A stretch of 63,651 bases of DNA, counting the filler, from Octopus bimaculoides (Eukaryota): NCBI RefSeq assembly GCF_001194135.2. It is 7 parts of 7 records of this genome, joined end to end, with 100 filler letters (N's around TTAATTAATTAA, not from the genome) between each part and the next. Parts side by side here need not be neighbours in the genome. Positions count along the whole stretch, not along the records: positions 9,985 to 20,150 come from NC_068983.1; positions 20,251 to 27,719 come from NC_069001.1; 5 more parts are not named here. One strand, given 5' to 3'. Under the pieces are notes generated by a model. It saw only the letters and a program-made list of their open reading frames with translations. It ran no database searches and was not told the origin of the DNA. Both the position numbers and the translations under genes were made by a program. Numbering within the stretch: position 1 is the first letter of the stretch; each line of letters opens with the position of its first letter. Shown piece after piece: positions 11,471 through 25,641 of the stretch.

Positions 11471-12399
11471 CATCTGTTTACCTATTTGTCTGTCTTCCTG
11501 TCTCTCTATTGTCCTGTCCATCCATCCATTGAATCACTGCTATGTTTTCTCTAATATACGTTTGTATATTTGTGGTGCAGATGGTGTAGTCGTATGATTA
11601 AGAAATTCGCTTCACAACATGATTCTAGATTTGATCCCACTCCGCTGCAACTCGGTCAAATATCTTCTGCTGTAGCTTTAGGTTGACCAAAACAATGCAA
11701 TGCTGAATTCGGTTGATAGAAATTGTACGGAAACCCAGGCATAGGTATGACTGTGTGGTTGAGAAGTTTGCTTTGCTAGCAAGTGGTTTCAGGTTCAGTC
11801 CCACAATACGGCACCTCAGGCAACTGTCTTCTATAACAGTTCTGGGTCAAGCAGGGCCTTGCGAGTGAAACAGTGTGGAAGACTGGTATACATACATACA
11901 TACATACATACACACACACATATATATATATATACACATGTGTGTGTGTAAGAAATTTATCCATTGATAAACCTTCCTCGGTTAAAACATTTCAAAATTT
12001 AAAGGAAAATACTTTTACTGAGAAAACTGTTTTGCTGCATTTTCTCTTTGCACATTTTATTACATGTATTTCGTATGTTACATGCGTTTGTCTTTACATA
12101 TATCTATTCTTTTATTCGCATAATCTTGTGTCTGCATGCATTGTTTATATTTTGCAATCTTCCATAATTTATCCCTGTTCCACACTCTTTGTGTCTCTGC
12201 TCCTCCTTGTGCAACACGGGCAATTACCTGTTTCGTTGCCTACATTTAAACTCTTTGCCTCTTCGACCTTGTCGTTCCTTTCGGTCTTGGGGAAGATAAT
12301 GTAGGCACATTGGGCTAATGTCTTTTGCTATAGCATTGGGCCTAACAAAGCCTTGTTAATGGATTTGGTAGACGGAAACTGAAAGAAGCCCGTCATATA

Positions 12400-12495
12400 T
12401 CTATACATATAAATTTGACATGGGCGATTCTTTCTTGTCTTGGGATTCATGATCAAACGGTCGGGTGGAATTGCGCGAAAAATTACACAGATGTG
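12400..12495 (+). mobile_element. Non-autonomous Helitron-like 5' end (a|TCTATACATATAAA...)
   Basis: 5' TC after an A; homologous copy on the minus strand at ~49190-49287. Confidence 0.45.
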
Positions 12496-13551
12496 TAGAA
12501 TAATCCAGTGGTGATGCTGGGCTTTGTAGTTTTTTTCATAGCTCCCATGGTTACCGAGATAATCTACTATAATAATACTCTTGTGTTTCTGAACGAGAAA
12601 GGAAGGGGTGATAGATAATAAGGAAGGAAGGGGTGATGTCATACTTGGTAGTGGGATGATGAAAATTGTACGCTGAAAAATAAATCAAACAGCGTTTCAA
12701 CTCTGTGAATATATGTGTATGTAAAAGGGAGTATGTGAATGTGTGTGTGTGCGCGCGTGTGCGTGTGGAAGTGGGATGGTTCATTTCTGTTCGCTTAATA
12801 TTTGGGTTTATTTTTTGATTTGGTTGAATCTTGGTTGGGTTTTTTTTTGGTCAGTTATTTTTAACGTATTTGTCCCCCCACCATCGCTTGACAACCGATG
12901 TTTGTGTGTTTACGACCCCGTAAATTTGCGTTTCAACAAAAGAGACCGATAGAATAAGTACTAGGCTTACAAAGAATAAGTCCTAGGGTCGAACTGTTCA
13001 ACTGAAGGCGGTGCTCCAGCATGGCCGCAGTCAAATGACTGAAACAAGTAAAAGAATAAAAGAATATGTACAGACATAAACACATATATATATATGGCGG
13101 GCTTCCATACAGTTTCTGCCTACTAAATTCACTCATAATGGCCCGAGGTTATAGTAGAAGGCACCCAAGGTGCCAAGCAGTAGGACGGAACCTGCAACCA
13201 TATGGTTGCAAAGTGAGCATCTTAACCACACAACCATGCCTGCACCTAATCATCGACCTTGGAATAATAAAAAACAGAGCTAACCTTGGCAGGATTCGAA
13301 CTCACGGTGCAGATAGACGGAACAAATATCACAAGACATTTTATTATCTTTTGAAAATGGAAGGATATTCGATAATGTAATCGGAGATAAACTATGAAAA
13401 GGCAGGATGGTCATGTTTAGAATCAGTACCAGGTTAAGACCCATAAGCACTTAAAAGATTTTGGTGCCTCTATATATATGTAATTCAAAATATAAACAAT
13501 TGTATTCTTTTATTTCTCAAAATGAAACAAAACTAACAGTAAAATAATGCT

Positions 13552-13842
13552 TATTTTTGTATGTTCCTTCTCGAGCCATGCCTGGCTCATAAGAGCCGGT
13601 TTCCCAGTTTCATTGGCATATACATTCCCCACCGGGACGGGACGCCGATCCGTCGCAGGAGGAAAGAGTGAGGAAAAGTTGTGGCGAAAGAGTCAACAGA
13701 AGTTCGTCATTACCTTCTACCGGAGTCACGTAGAGCTTAGGTGTTTCGCTCATAAACACACACGTCGCCCGGTCTGAGATTCGAACCCGCGATCCCTCAA
13801 CCCCGAGTCGGCCGCTCTAATCACTAGGCCATGTGCCTCCAC
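13552..13842 (-). mobile_element. tRNA-derived SINE family C, near full length
   Basis: Minus strand gtggaggcacaTGGCCTAGTGAtt (A box) ... GGGTTCGAATC (B box); related copy at 60956-61121. Confidence 0.85.
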
Positions 13843-14396
13843 TTACTTTTATATTCTTCCACGTTATCTATATTTGAAAAACTATCTCCTCCCTTTTTAA
13901 TTGCAAAGTCTTCAATCAGATCCTCATTATGACACCATGAACACTTCGAAATTATATTTCTGATCATATAAACCACTTCGAATGTTATTTTAGCAAGTTT
14001 AAAGTGATTACTTTTGTATCGTAAACTATTTACCATTTCTGTGGTGCCTCCACCTCCACCAGGTCTGGTTAGAATGTCTTTGGGCATAAAATGTTACACC
14101 GGGTGTCAAATAACATTAAGAACATGGCTTTTAATGGTGCCTTGATGTTCCCTCAAGAATTTTTAACGAAGCCCACCATCAAATTCATTAACAGAATAAA
14201 CTGAAAATAAATAAATAGCTGTGAAGCATATATCTTCGTGATATATTCCAAATATATACTGAACCCTGAACTCAGACTAGCAATGACAAATAAAAGCATC
14301 AGGCTTCTGAAGATGGCATTGATTAGTTCTAAAATTGAAGTTAAGAAACGTTTTTTGTCTTTATATGTAAGTTATATATGGATATTGTGAGTGTAT

Positions 14397-14468
<72 letters not shown>
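14397..14468. repeat. (AG)n microsatellite
   Basis: Direct inspection. Confidence 0.95.
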
Positions 14469-14472
<4 letters not shown>

Positions 14473-14969
14473 AAAAATTGGATATACAGAGGTGAAAACA
14501 AAAGGAAGACAAAACAATAGTTTACATATTTTGTCTTCCTTACTTCCGTTTCCTGTCTTTTATTTCGAATTTCCATTGTAATAACGTTTAAAATAATTTT
14601 AACAACTCTATAACACAACATTCAACCTACATTACTGTAATGTGTGTGTGTGTGTGTGTGTATGCGCGCATGCTCACATACACACACTTTCCAAAAAGTA
14701 ATTCAAAGCAACAACACAAACTAACAAGAAAAACGGAAATAAATACAAATGGACGCGCACAAATCTGAGTCCATCAATTGCCAATAAGTAATCATTACAA
14801 TGTTACTGCTCTAGATCTGTCGTTCTTCAGTCACCAAAATTAGCGAAGAAATCGAAATATAAACTGATTTTTTTTTATTTTCCAGAAAAAATTAAAATTT
14901 AAAAAAATAATAAAAGGGTTAACGTGTAGTTTAAGTAGTGAGACCCCATAATTTCATGCAAACAATCTA

Positions 14970-15057
14970 TGTAACCTTGTCAATGGATGTTGACTCCGTC
15001 CGTTATTGGAGCTGCGTTCTTTAACAGACAGAGACAACATCCATTGACAAGGTTGCA
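14970..15057 (-). ncRNA. Pre-miRNA-like hairpin (36-bp stem, 16-nt loop)
   Basis: Arms 14970-15005 and 15022-15057. On the minus strand: 32 Watson-Crick pairs, 2 G.U, 2 mismatches. Strand uncertain. Confidence 0.45.
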
Positions 15058-16134
15058 AAAGCAACGAAAATTTTGGAAGAAAAAATATAAATAATGAGTG
15101 GAAATCAAACCGGTAAGGCATTAAGACAACATGATTTTCCCCAAACACAACATAATTCGCTTCAACACACGAATTCACATAAAGAATCTTGCAAACCAGA
15201 TACTAAAACGAAATCTATGTGACATAATGTATAAAACGTACATGTATCATATAGGATGAAAACAATCACATTTATGTTGGGTGTAGCACGCTGGAATGAC
15301 GTATCTCAGAGCCGCTATTTCTACAATATCTAAGATATCACTAAGAAGATACTATACAAGTAGGTATCGGTGGATGCGGCGTAATGAGAGAGTTCTGTTC
15401 ATAAAAAGGGATTTCAGATGGAATTTGCAGAGGCAGATTTTCAACGGCTGGATGCTTTTCCTCTTGCCAACCATCACTTGTCTCCTCCGGGTATGTTTCC
15501 ATGGAAAATTAGAAATGATTGATATTGCTTGTCTAACGGTGATATTCGTTTACAACTATCACAATGTCAATATAGGGAGGCACATACAAACACACAACAG
15601 GTTTCTTTCAGTTTCTGCCTGCCAAATTTACTTTTAGTCACCCCAGAGCTATTGTAGAGAGCACTTGTCTAAGGTGCCATGCAGTGGGACTGAACCCGAA
15701 ACTACATGGTTGGGAAGCAATCTTCTTAACTAAACAGCCATGCCTTCTACGGACTTTTCCATGAGACACACAGACAAATATTTAATGAAGTTCAAACATT
15801 CAAGATTTCAATTTACTACAGTTTCAGTAATCTTCAGTAATGAGCAATTATTGAAGAAACATTGGAGAAACATTTGGGGAGGGTTAAGTCGATTAAGTCG
15901 ACCCTGGCGGTGTTTGAACTCAAAACGTAAAGTCGGAAGAAATGCCGCTAAGCATTTTGTCCGGCGCGGTAACGATTCTGCTAACTCGCCGCCTTAGTTA
16001 TTGAAGGAATATTGCATATTATAATAAGAGAGGGGTTGAGGAAGACGGGGTGAGATATATATATAGAGGGGGGATAAAGTTGCAACGGGTGAAAATGTCA
16101 GCAGTGTAGCATACAGACCAAGACATACAAGTAC

Positions 16135-16215
16135 AGTAATCTCTCGACTAGCGAGGGTGTTACTTTTCAAAACCACCCACCGCGATAGGTGAAAATTCGC
16201 GAAGCAGAAACAGCA
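16135..16215 (+). mobile_element. pogo/Tigger-like MITE 5' fragment
   Basis: ta|cagtaatctctcgactagcgagg..., TA-CAGTA start. Confidence 0.4.
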
Positions 16216-16289
16216 CTGTACAGTATATTCTTTATCATTATTTTTATAATTTATATATATTTATTTTATTATAAATGCAAAACAACTCC

Positions 16290-16556
16290 AAGACTTATTC
16301 TTTGTAAGCCTAGTACTTATTCTATCGGTCTCTTTTGCTGAACTACTAATTTACGAGTACATAAACATACCAACGTCGGTTGTCAAGCGATGGTGGAGGG
16401 ACAAACACAGACACACACACATGAATACACACACATATATGACGGGCTTCTTTCAGTTTCCGTCTACTAAATCCACCCACAAGGCTTTGGTAGGCCCGAG
16501 GAAGATACATCTCCAAAGTGCAACGCAGTCGGATTGAACCCAGGACCATATGGTTC
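16290..16556 (-). mobile_element. SINE family A
   Basis: Reverse match to the family A sequence. Confidence 0.8.
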
Positions 16557-16665
16557 ACACATACACACACATAAGGTTCAAAATTATACAAAAATACAAA
16601 AGACAGAGCCAGGTGAAGGAACAACAAAAAAATCGTATTAGTTTGACGCTTAAGAAAATTGGAAG

Positions 16666-16702
16666 TCTTTGACGTTTCGAACCTACGCTCTTCTACAGAA
16701 AA
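16666..16702 (-). ncRNA. Hammerhead-like motif, third copy of the GAGC-stem family
   Basis: Minus strand TTTT-CTGTAGA-A-GAGC(gtag)GTTC-GAAAC-GTC-AAAGA. Confidence 0.55.
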
Positions 16703-17353
16703 GGTGAGAGAAAAGAAAACAGATGGAGAGAATTAAAAAAAAAAACGTGCTTGGATTAATAGTTGCGCATGTTGAATACAAGTAGTAGTGCAGTGGTGGC
16801 GGCGATGGTCGTAATAGTGTTGCTGTTGTAGATAGTGGTGATGGTGATGGTGATAGAGACGGTGACCATATTAGTAGAGTTGGTGGTGGTGGTAGCGGTG
16901 GTGATGATGGTGATGATAATGAAGGTAACGGTCATAGGATTGATAGCAATGGTGGTGGCAGTCATAATAATGGTTGCAGAGCCGCTCGTGGTGCTGGTAG
17001 CGGCGATGTTATTCTCCCCCACCCCACCACTGGATTACCTACTGCTACTGGTATTTCTTATAAAGTTATAAACAGTACATAAATCAGGGTGGCCACTAAC
17101 TGCCTTCTGACATTAAAACTGAATAATGGCCGTTTTCTTCTTATAACATAACATTTACTGTTTTTAGCAGAGGTCGGCATGGGTGGAGACGGGGTAAATA
17201 TGGTTGCACGATCCGTGTTTATTTTGTTACTGTTGTTGACTTCTAAGTCTTCTTCCTGTCTCCTCCTACTTCCCCTCCTTTATCTCTTCCCCTCCTCTTC
17301 CTTCCCATTGTTCTCCTCCTCCTTGTCGTCGTCGTTTTCCTATCCCTCTCTCT

Positions 17354-17388
<35 letters not shown>

Positions 17389-18144
17389 CATGTTCTCAAG
17401 TATTTTGGTCCCCCAGACAATGATGTTAAGTGGTATATTCTTAACTGTCAGCATGGTGTAGTTGATAAGGTGGTTCGCTAGTTCGTTGGGCGGGTGGACA
17501 CTGATGAGGGTAAGGGAAGCTATGTTTCGTCCTCATCTCCCACCCTCTTTCCACCACCCAACTCCCGCCGCCGCCACCACCACCACCACCAGAAGTGATC
17601 GTATATTCTCGGTGTCAGCATGATGTAGTTGACAAGGTGTTAGCCGAGTCAATGTGAACCAAAGTGGGTGGTAGCACTATCTCGCTCTAGGTGGCAATGG
17701 AATTACTTGTGATGCAGGGCTTGCTGCGTGGTTAAGAAGTTTCTTTTCTGAACGAGATGGTTCTGGGTTCAATCTCACAGCGTGGCACCTTGGCCAAGAG
17801 TGTTTTATTATAGCCCAATGATTCTCAACCATTTTTTTTTACCCATGGTCTACTTTTACTCTTTTACTTGTTTGTCATTTGACTGTGGCCATGCTGGAGC
17901 ACCGCCTGTAGTCGAACGATTCAACCCCAGGACTTACTCTTTGTAAGCTTAGTACTTATTCTATTGGTCTCTTTTGCCGAACCACTAAGTTACGGGTACA
18001 TAAACACACTAACATCGGTTGCTAAACGATGGTGGGGGTGGGACAAACACAGACACACAAACACACACACGCACACACGCACACACATAAAGAAACATTG
18101 ATCATAGAACAAACATCAAATTCGAGTCAACGACTTTACATATA

Positions 18145-18394
18145 ACACTGCTAAGCATTTCGCCCGGTGTGCTAACGTTTCTTTTCTACTCTAGACATAA
18201 GGCCCGAAATTTTGAGGGAGGGAACCAGTCGATTACATCGACCCCAGTACGCAACTGGTGCATAATTTATCGACACCGAAAGGATGAAAAGCAAAGTCGA
18301 CCTCGGCGGAACTTGAACTCAGAAAGTAAAGACAGACGAAATACCGCTAAGCGTTTCGCACGGCGTGCTAACGTTTCTGTCAGCTTGCCGTCTT
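18145..18394 (-). mobile_element. tRNA-derived SINE family B (Meta-domain-like core) followed by a second partial head
   Basis: Minus strand aagacggcaagctgacagaaacgttagc...gaggtcgactttgcttttcatcctttcgg...gtagaaaagAAACGTTAGCAC. Confidence 0.8.
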
Positions 18395-20092
18395 CATAAC
18401 ATCTTTATTATTGTCGCACTGCTTTCTGCGCATGCCTGCTTATAGTTAGTACTATTGTGGTCACGCGATCAAGTTTGATCCTGATCGCGCCATTCTTAGG
18501 CAAAATCAAATTCATTCAGTGTCCCCCATTGTAACTCCTTAGCAAAATCCATTTCTGGAGTCAAATTCCATTTACGGATCCATCACAAATAGATGCAGCT
18601 TTTCTTTTTTTTTAATCGTTTGTTGTTTTAAATCCTCTCCTTCAAACACTCATATGAAGAAATCGACGGGTGTGACCATCTGTATAATTATTATTGATGG
18701 GTGACTGTGGAAAAAAATGGTTCGAGTGAATAGCTCTATTCTAAGTATGCATCTGTAGATTGGAGAGCAGGAGAGTGGGTTCGTATCTTTGGTGGTCAAG
18801 GTAATCCTGGTTCTGTGGGGCTTTTTGATTGGTCTGTATTGGAGTTTCTCCAGTATTAGGAGAGCTGCATCATTCACATCATCACATACTTTTGTATACT
18901 GTGTATTCATTTATCCCATTTCATTGCTTTTTCCATTTCTTTCTCCCCATTCTTTATGTAATTCCCCACACAAATTGTCTGTCCGTGTGATGTTCCCCTT
19001 ATCTATGCCCCTGTGGCTAATAAGAGAAATTATTATTATTATTATTGGATGAGATCGCAGCTCACGCCATCAAAGTGACGCTGGGGTACAAATATACGAA
19101 GCCCATTATACCCATCATGACTACCCGTCTGATAAGGGTACACCAGGCATGCGCATCATAGCCATATGTGCGCGACACGGTGACCTCATATCAAGATAAA
19201 CAGTGCGTAACCTTGCAGGGGGAACCCAGTTCGAATTTTCGTCAGGTCGAGTAACCCGAGAGTCTGTCGTATTTTGACATCATATGACGGTCGTAAATGA
19301 GCATCACCATCATACATGTAATATCGTTCATTTCCAGTCTTCCATGAAAAACGTATCTGGCCATCGGAAAATATCACCTCCTTTGGAAACGGGTGAGGAT
19401 TGGTGATAGAAAGCGCATCCGGTCTTAGAAACTCTGCTGCAATAGATTTTGTCCGGCCCATGCAAGCATGGCAAATTGAACATATAAATGTTGATGATGT
19501 GAAGATCATGTACTTTTTTTTTTTTTTTTTTTTTTTTTATTTTGAGACTTAGTAGCAGATATTGAAAATGTAGTTTGCAGAATTCCCATTCAAGCTGGAT
19601 TTCTCCTTCGTTAAGAAATTCACATCAAACAAACTCGAAATAATCAACAGTAATTAAAAGATTGATTACGATCAGAATCTTGATGGTTGTCTCAAAAGCA
19701 AGCACTTCTTTTCTGAAAAATTCTTCACTTACATTTCTTCTTTTGAAAGCCAACTTAATGAGGTTCCTCTCTAAATTATCCCTGAATCCCCAAGAGCCAA
19801 TTTATTTGGCATAGTTGCAGAGTCGAAGAATTGCACATGTATTTTATTCCAGTGACAATATTTTTTAATATTTTCATAAACTCATCGTTTCTAAGTATGT
19901 TCTGCGTCGCATTCCCATTCCACATATTTAAGAAACATCTAAACATCTGTGTGTTTCTCTCTCTCTTGCATATTGCTTAATACTAAATACTTTCTCGGTT
20001 CAGTCCCCAGATACATATTTCTTATATCTGCTGGATTCTGTTTTTTCATGTGTTCCTCTTCATTCATATAGTTAACGCTATTTCTATTGTAC

Positions 20093-20150
<58 letters not shown>

Positions 20151-20250
20151 NNNNNNNNNNNNNNNNNNNNNNNNNNNNNNNNNNNNNNNNNNNNTTAATT
20201 AATTAANNNNNNNNNNNNNNNNNNNNNNNNNNNNNNNNNNNNNNNNNNNN

Positions 20251-20287
<37 letters not shown>

Positions 20288-20559
20288 CCAATCTATCATT
20301 TGCCTTGATAGATCGCCAGCCACTACACATTCTTTATTTTCTCTCCTTGCTTCTTTCTGTCGAACGTTAAACTAATACATCTGTTTGTTGTCTACACCAC
20401 CTGTTTTCCTCTTTTGTTTTTTTGTGTATTCTCCCTATATATATATATATGTATGTATGTATGTATGCATAAATATATATACACATACATATATATACAT
20501 ATATATTACACCTTTTCTCCTGTAACAAGGATGCAACTGTGATATGTATGTGTATATAC

Positions 20560-20594
<35 letters not shown>

Positions 20595-20678
20595 AGGATT
20601 TCGTAATGAGATAAAGAACCAAGGCTGTGTACAATATAGAACATTTATAAATAGAAGGTCTTNNNNNNNNNNTAGAAG

Positions 20679-20726
20679 GTCTTACAGCTCTTTCCAGGAT
20701 ATTTATTATTTCCCTTCATCGGAGAC
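20679..20726 (-). ncRNA. Degenerate hammerhead-like motif (PLE terminus)
   Basis: Minus strand GTCT-CCGATGA-AGGGA...TCCT-G-GAAAG-AGCT-GTA-AGAC. Stem I intact, core mutated. Confidence 0.4.
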
Positions 20727-21153
20727 GGTGTGAGAGGATGGTTAAGCAATAGTTAGTTTACATAAGATAGGAAATAGAGTGAATGTAGGGATATTGTATT
20801 TGTAAATCCCTTGTTTAGGCAGAATGGTATACTTTAAACAGAACCCTTGATTCAATAACACTGTGTATAAACTCTGTATTTGGAATGACCAATTTCAAAG
20901 ACTGTTGGATTTTACTCAAAGGGAATTGGAATCTTATATGCATACCATATAATTATGCACACACGCACACACACAGACACACATACATACACAGAGGGCT
21001 TTACTCAGTTTCCCTCTACGAAATCCACTCACAAGACTTTGGTTGGCCCTTGGCTATAGTAGAAAACACTTGGGAAAAGGTGCTATGGAGTGGTACAGAA
21101 CCCGGAACCACATAGTTGGGTAGCAAGCTTCTTAGTACATAGCCACTCCTGCA

Positions 21154-21190
<37 letters not shown>

Positions 21191-21501
21191 TTTACTGGTT
21201 TTAGCCCAGGGCTGAGGTCAGGCTGCTGTACCACCTGTAGTTTTTTCTGGTATTGTTTTTGGTGAAGTAGTGAGTTGGATGGTGATGCTCTTCTTTGCGT
21301 CTCCTGTCATGTGGGTTCATATGGTATCACAGATAGAAACCTATCCAGGCATTTCTGTATATATATATATATGTATGTGTGTGTATATATATGTATGTAT
21401 GTTCATGTGTATGTATATATATATGTGTATGTTTATTTATATATATATATATATAAATAACGTTGACCACTAACGTGAACATTTAATGTGCTAGAAATAG
21501 A

Positions 21502-21575
<74 letters not shown>

Positions 21576-21875
21576 NNNNNNNNNNNNNNNNNNNNNNNNN
21601 NNNNNNNNNNNNNNNNNNNNNNNNNNNNNNNNNNNNNNNNNNNNNNNNNNNNNNNNNNNNNNNNNNNNNNNNNNNNNNNNNNNNNNNNNNNNNNNNNNNN
21701 NNNNNNNNNNNNNNNNNNNNNNNNNNNNNNNNNNNNNNNNNNNNNNNTGTATATATATATAGGTGTATAAATATGTGTGTGTGTATACATATATATATAT
21801 ATATACATACACATATATATATATGCATAAATATGTGTGTAAAAAATCTCTCTCACGCTTGCTCTCTCTGTATTA

Positions 21876-21920
<45 letters not shown>

Positions 21921-22347
21921 TGTACATACAGATATATACAGAGACACACACTCACCTCACTCAAGACATATATAGAGATTTGGTAGAAGTAAACAGAAAG
22001 ATTGAGATTATAAATACATATATGTATGTGAATTCTTGGAGTGCATCCTAGTCTCAATATTGTGAAGATTGTACATTAGCAACTCTCTCATATAAGCAAT
22101 TCTTTGATTTCCAATCTTCCTTGAAGAACATGCCTGGTCATGGAGAAATATTTCCTTGTTTGGAAACTAGTCTGGCTTAATGAGGGGATGGGTATCAAGT
22201 TGTAGAAAATTTATCTCCACAAATTCTGTGTGAGTTATGCAAAGATGGAAAAGTGAATTTTAAATGATGATAATGAAATTATATTCCTATCTATTTAACT
22301 TTACAACTTTCTGCACTTACACACACACACACACGTATATACATATT

Positions 22348-22582
22348 AAGGCGGCGAACTAGCAGAAACGTTGGCACGCCGGGCGAAATGCTTTGCGGTA
22401 TTTCATCTGCTGCTACGTTCTGAGTTCAAATTCCGCTGAGGTTGACTTTGCCTTTCATCCTTTTGAGATCGATTAAATAATTACCACTTATGCACTGGCG
22501 TCAATGTAATCAACTTAATCCATTTGTCTGTCCTTGTTTGTTCCCTCTGTGTGTAGCCCTTTGTGAGTAGTAAAGAAATAAC
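22348..22582 (+). mobile_element. SINE family B
   Basis: aaggcggcgaactagcagaaacgttggc...gagttcaaattcc... Confidence 0.85.
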
Positions 22583-22842
22583 ACTTGTATATACATATAA
22601 ATATACACACATATATATATATGTATATGATACATTTCTCTTTGTATCTTGGCTCTCTTTTTCTCTCTCTCTTATACACACATACATATTTATGTATGTA
22701 TATGTCCACCTGGTTACATGGAAGTTTGTTCTACCTGGATTTACTATATTGAAATGACATTGGAATTTAATGTCCTGGTATTCATTGAGGTTTTAATTAC
22801 TGCGGATACATTTTTTTAATGTTTATACACTGAATATCTTCA

Positions 22843-22880
<38 letters not shown>

Positions 22881-24129
22881 GACATAAGCATGGCCATGTG
22901 GTAAGAAGTTTGCTTCCCATCCACATGGTCCTTGGTTCAGTCCTACTGTGTGTCACCCTGGAAAACGCCTTNNNNNNNNNNNNNNNNNNNNNNNNNNNNN
23001 NNNNNNNNNNNNNNNNNNNNNNNNNNNNNNNNNNNNNNNNNNNNNNNNNNNNNNNNNNNNNNNNNNNNNNNNNNNNNNNNNNNNNNNNNNNNNNNNNNNN
23101 NNNNNNNNNNNNNNNNNNNNNNNNNNNNNNNNNNNNNNNNNNNNNNNNNNNNNNNNNNNNNNNNNNNNNNNNNNNNNNNNNNNNNNNNNNNNNNNNNNNN
23201 NNNNNNNNNNNNNNNNNNNNNNNNNNNNNNNNNNNNNNNNNNNNNNNNNNNNNNNNNNNNNNNNNNNNNNNNNNNNNNNNNNNNNNNNNNNNNNNNNNNN
23301 NNNNNNNNNNNNNNNNNNNNNNNNNNNNNNNNNNNNNNNNNNNNNNNNNNNNNNNNNNNNNNNNNNNNNNNNNNNNNNNNNNNNNNNNNNNNNNNNNNNN
23401 NNNNNNNNNNNNNNNNNNNNNNNNNNNNNNNNNNNNNNNNNNNNNNNNNNNNNNNNNNNNNNNNNNNNNNNNNNNNNNNNNNNNNNNNNNNNNNNNNNNN
23501 NNNNNNNNNNNNNNNNNNNNNNNNNNNNNNNNNNNNNNNNNNNNNNNNNNNNNNNNNNNNNNNNNNNNNNNNNNNNNNNNNNNNNNNNNNNNNNNNNNNN
23601 NNNNNNNNNNNNNNNNNNNNNNNNNNNNNNTATATATATATATATATATATAATATAATATATACACACAAACACATATATATATAGGGGCGTGTATGTG
23701 TGTATGTACACATAATGTAAAGAAAATAAAGCAATACAGGAGAGATGGGTTATAAAATATTCAGTTACGTCATCTTACGTGTGTGTCATCGACAATGACT
23801 GCAGGTCACATAATGTAGATTATATCAAAAATTGCATAGTCAAATATTTAGTGATGCATAACATTTATTTGTAATAGAACTGATTGATGACAAGATGGAT
23901 AACAAATGGAATGGTTCACAGCTGTGAGAAAGGTAAGCAGTATCAGGAAGAAGCTGAGGATGCTTACAGTTCTGCTCACATTTAATCGCAGCAGCAGAAT
24001 ACGGCACTTAGGCAGTTGATGGATGATGAAGATGATGTTTTCAGGTAGAAATTTAGCAATAGGCCCTAGTTATGCACGCACACACACACACACACACGCT
24101 CTGATTGTGTTCCTGTCATCCCAGTCATT

Positions 24130-24660
24130 GTCACCTCCATGAGATTCTAAATCCTGGGATCAACATTCCCCACTGTGTTCCATGTCCTCTTAAATTTCCA
24201 TCTTTTGCAAGCTCCATTCAGTGACCAGCCCTTCTTTATAGTGCTGTCCTCACTTATGTGAATCATATGTGCATATCAAAGCAATCCTATTTCTTGCACA
24301 CTACATCTGGTTTTTGTTATACTAGCTATTCCTCTCACCATATCTATCCTATATCATTCATGTACATCTAACATTGCACATACAATGGAGACTGCTTGTT
24401 TACTTCTTTCCAGACTTCTCAAGTCCTCTGCATTCAAGCAACATATCTCGCTGCTTAGCATCATTGCAATTCTTATACATGTGTTATACAATCCCTTCCC
24501 TTTCGCAGAAAAAAACGTGTTGTCAGCAGGGGTGGAAGTTCCCTGATCATCTTCTGGCCTATTCTTACCTTTGATACTTTAATTTCAGAGCAACTACCTC
24601 CCTTGTTAATTATGTCTCCTTGTTAAAAGAAACAACTGACTACATCTAGTGAGCTATCAG
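24130..24660 (-). mobile_element. Decayed RTE-clade LINE, RT C-terminal region
   Basis: Fragmented similarity to RTE RT C-terminus; many stops and frameshifts. Confidence 0.5.
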
Positions 24661-25006
24661 GGCATTTAACAAAATCTATTTCTTGTGTGTTCATTATACA
24701 TACTGTTCCTGTGCATCTGTCACATAGGTAGCTTACTTATGTTAGCCTGTGTGTGGTTCTACTGGATCTCTTGTGTTTCCATATCTTAAATTGGGTATAG
24801 TGTATGGACACCCCTATGTCAAATAGACACACACACTCACACTCCTACATACATATATGTGTGTAGATAGTGTTTTTGTGTTCAGTCCAATGAGGGCTTA
24901 GCTGGCCAAAATTTCAAAGTCAATGTCAAGAACATTCTTATATAAATATAAGAATAATGTGTGTGTGTGTATGTATATCTATATATATATATATATATAT
25001 ATATAC

Positions 25007-25382
25007 TCTTTTACTTGTTTCAGTCATTTGACTGCAGCCATGCTAAAGCACTGCCTTTAGTCGAAAAAATCAACCCCAGAGCTTATCCTTTTGTAAGCCT
25101 AGTACTTATTCTATCAGTCTCTTTTGCCGAACTGCTAAGTTATGGGGACGTAAACACACCAACATCAGTTGTCAGGTGATAGTAGGTGGGGGGCATACAC
25201 AAATACACACACACATATATATGATGGGCTTGTTTCAGTTTCCTTCTACCAAATCTACTGACAAGGCTTTTGTCGGCCCAAGGCTATAATAGAAGACGCT
25301 TTCCCAAGGTGCCTTGCAGTTGGACTGAAGCTGGAACCATGTGGTTGAGAAGCAAGCTTCTTACCAGACAGCCACTCCTGCA
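25007..25382 (-). mobile_element. SINE family A, full length
   Basis: Reverse match from gcaggagtggctg to gaaacaagtaaaaga. Confidence 0.85.
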
Positions 25383-25502
25383 CGCATGCACACACACACA
25401 CACACACGCACACACATATAATTGAAATACATATATACATGTGAGTATATATGATTGACCGTTGACTGAACACTATTCAATTTTTTTTCTGCGTGTTTTT
25501 CT

Positions 25503-25641
25503 CCTTGTCTCCGTATTCTTTCTGCTGAAGAGCGTAGCTCGAAACGTCAAAGACTTTCCGTATTCCCGAGCGTCATACTAATATATACTTTTGTTATTTA
25601 CACCACCTGTCCTCGTCTGTTGTTATTTTTTGTATATTCTC

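Noticed and set aside
13824-14087. 87-aa minus-strand ORF (MPKDILTRPGGGGG...)
   Set aside because: Ends inside a SINE head; no motif or splice support.
14307-14352. CTGAAGA...GAAACGTT hammerhead-like words
   Set aside because: No stem II pairing between them.
17683-17697. CTCF-like motif (gctctaggtggca)
   Set aside because: Two mismatches in the core; expected by chance in 63 kb.
18650-18910. 86-aa minus-strand ORF in unique sequence
   Set aside because: No recognisable family, no convincing splice pair, and competing frames are equally plausible.
19584-19650. Exon-like frame FPFKLDFSFVKKFTSNKLEIIN resembling the post-GPS segment of PKD1L
   Set aside because: Weak donor, no adjacent GPS or TM1 exon found; similarity too short to support.
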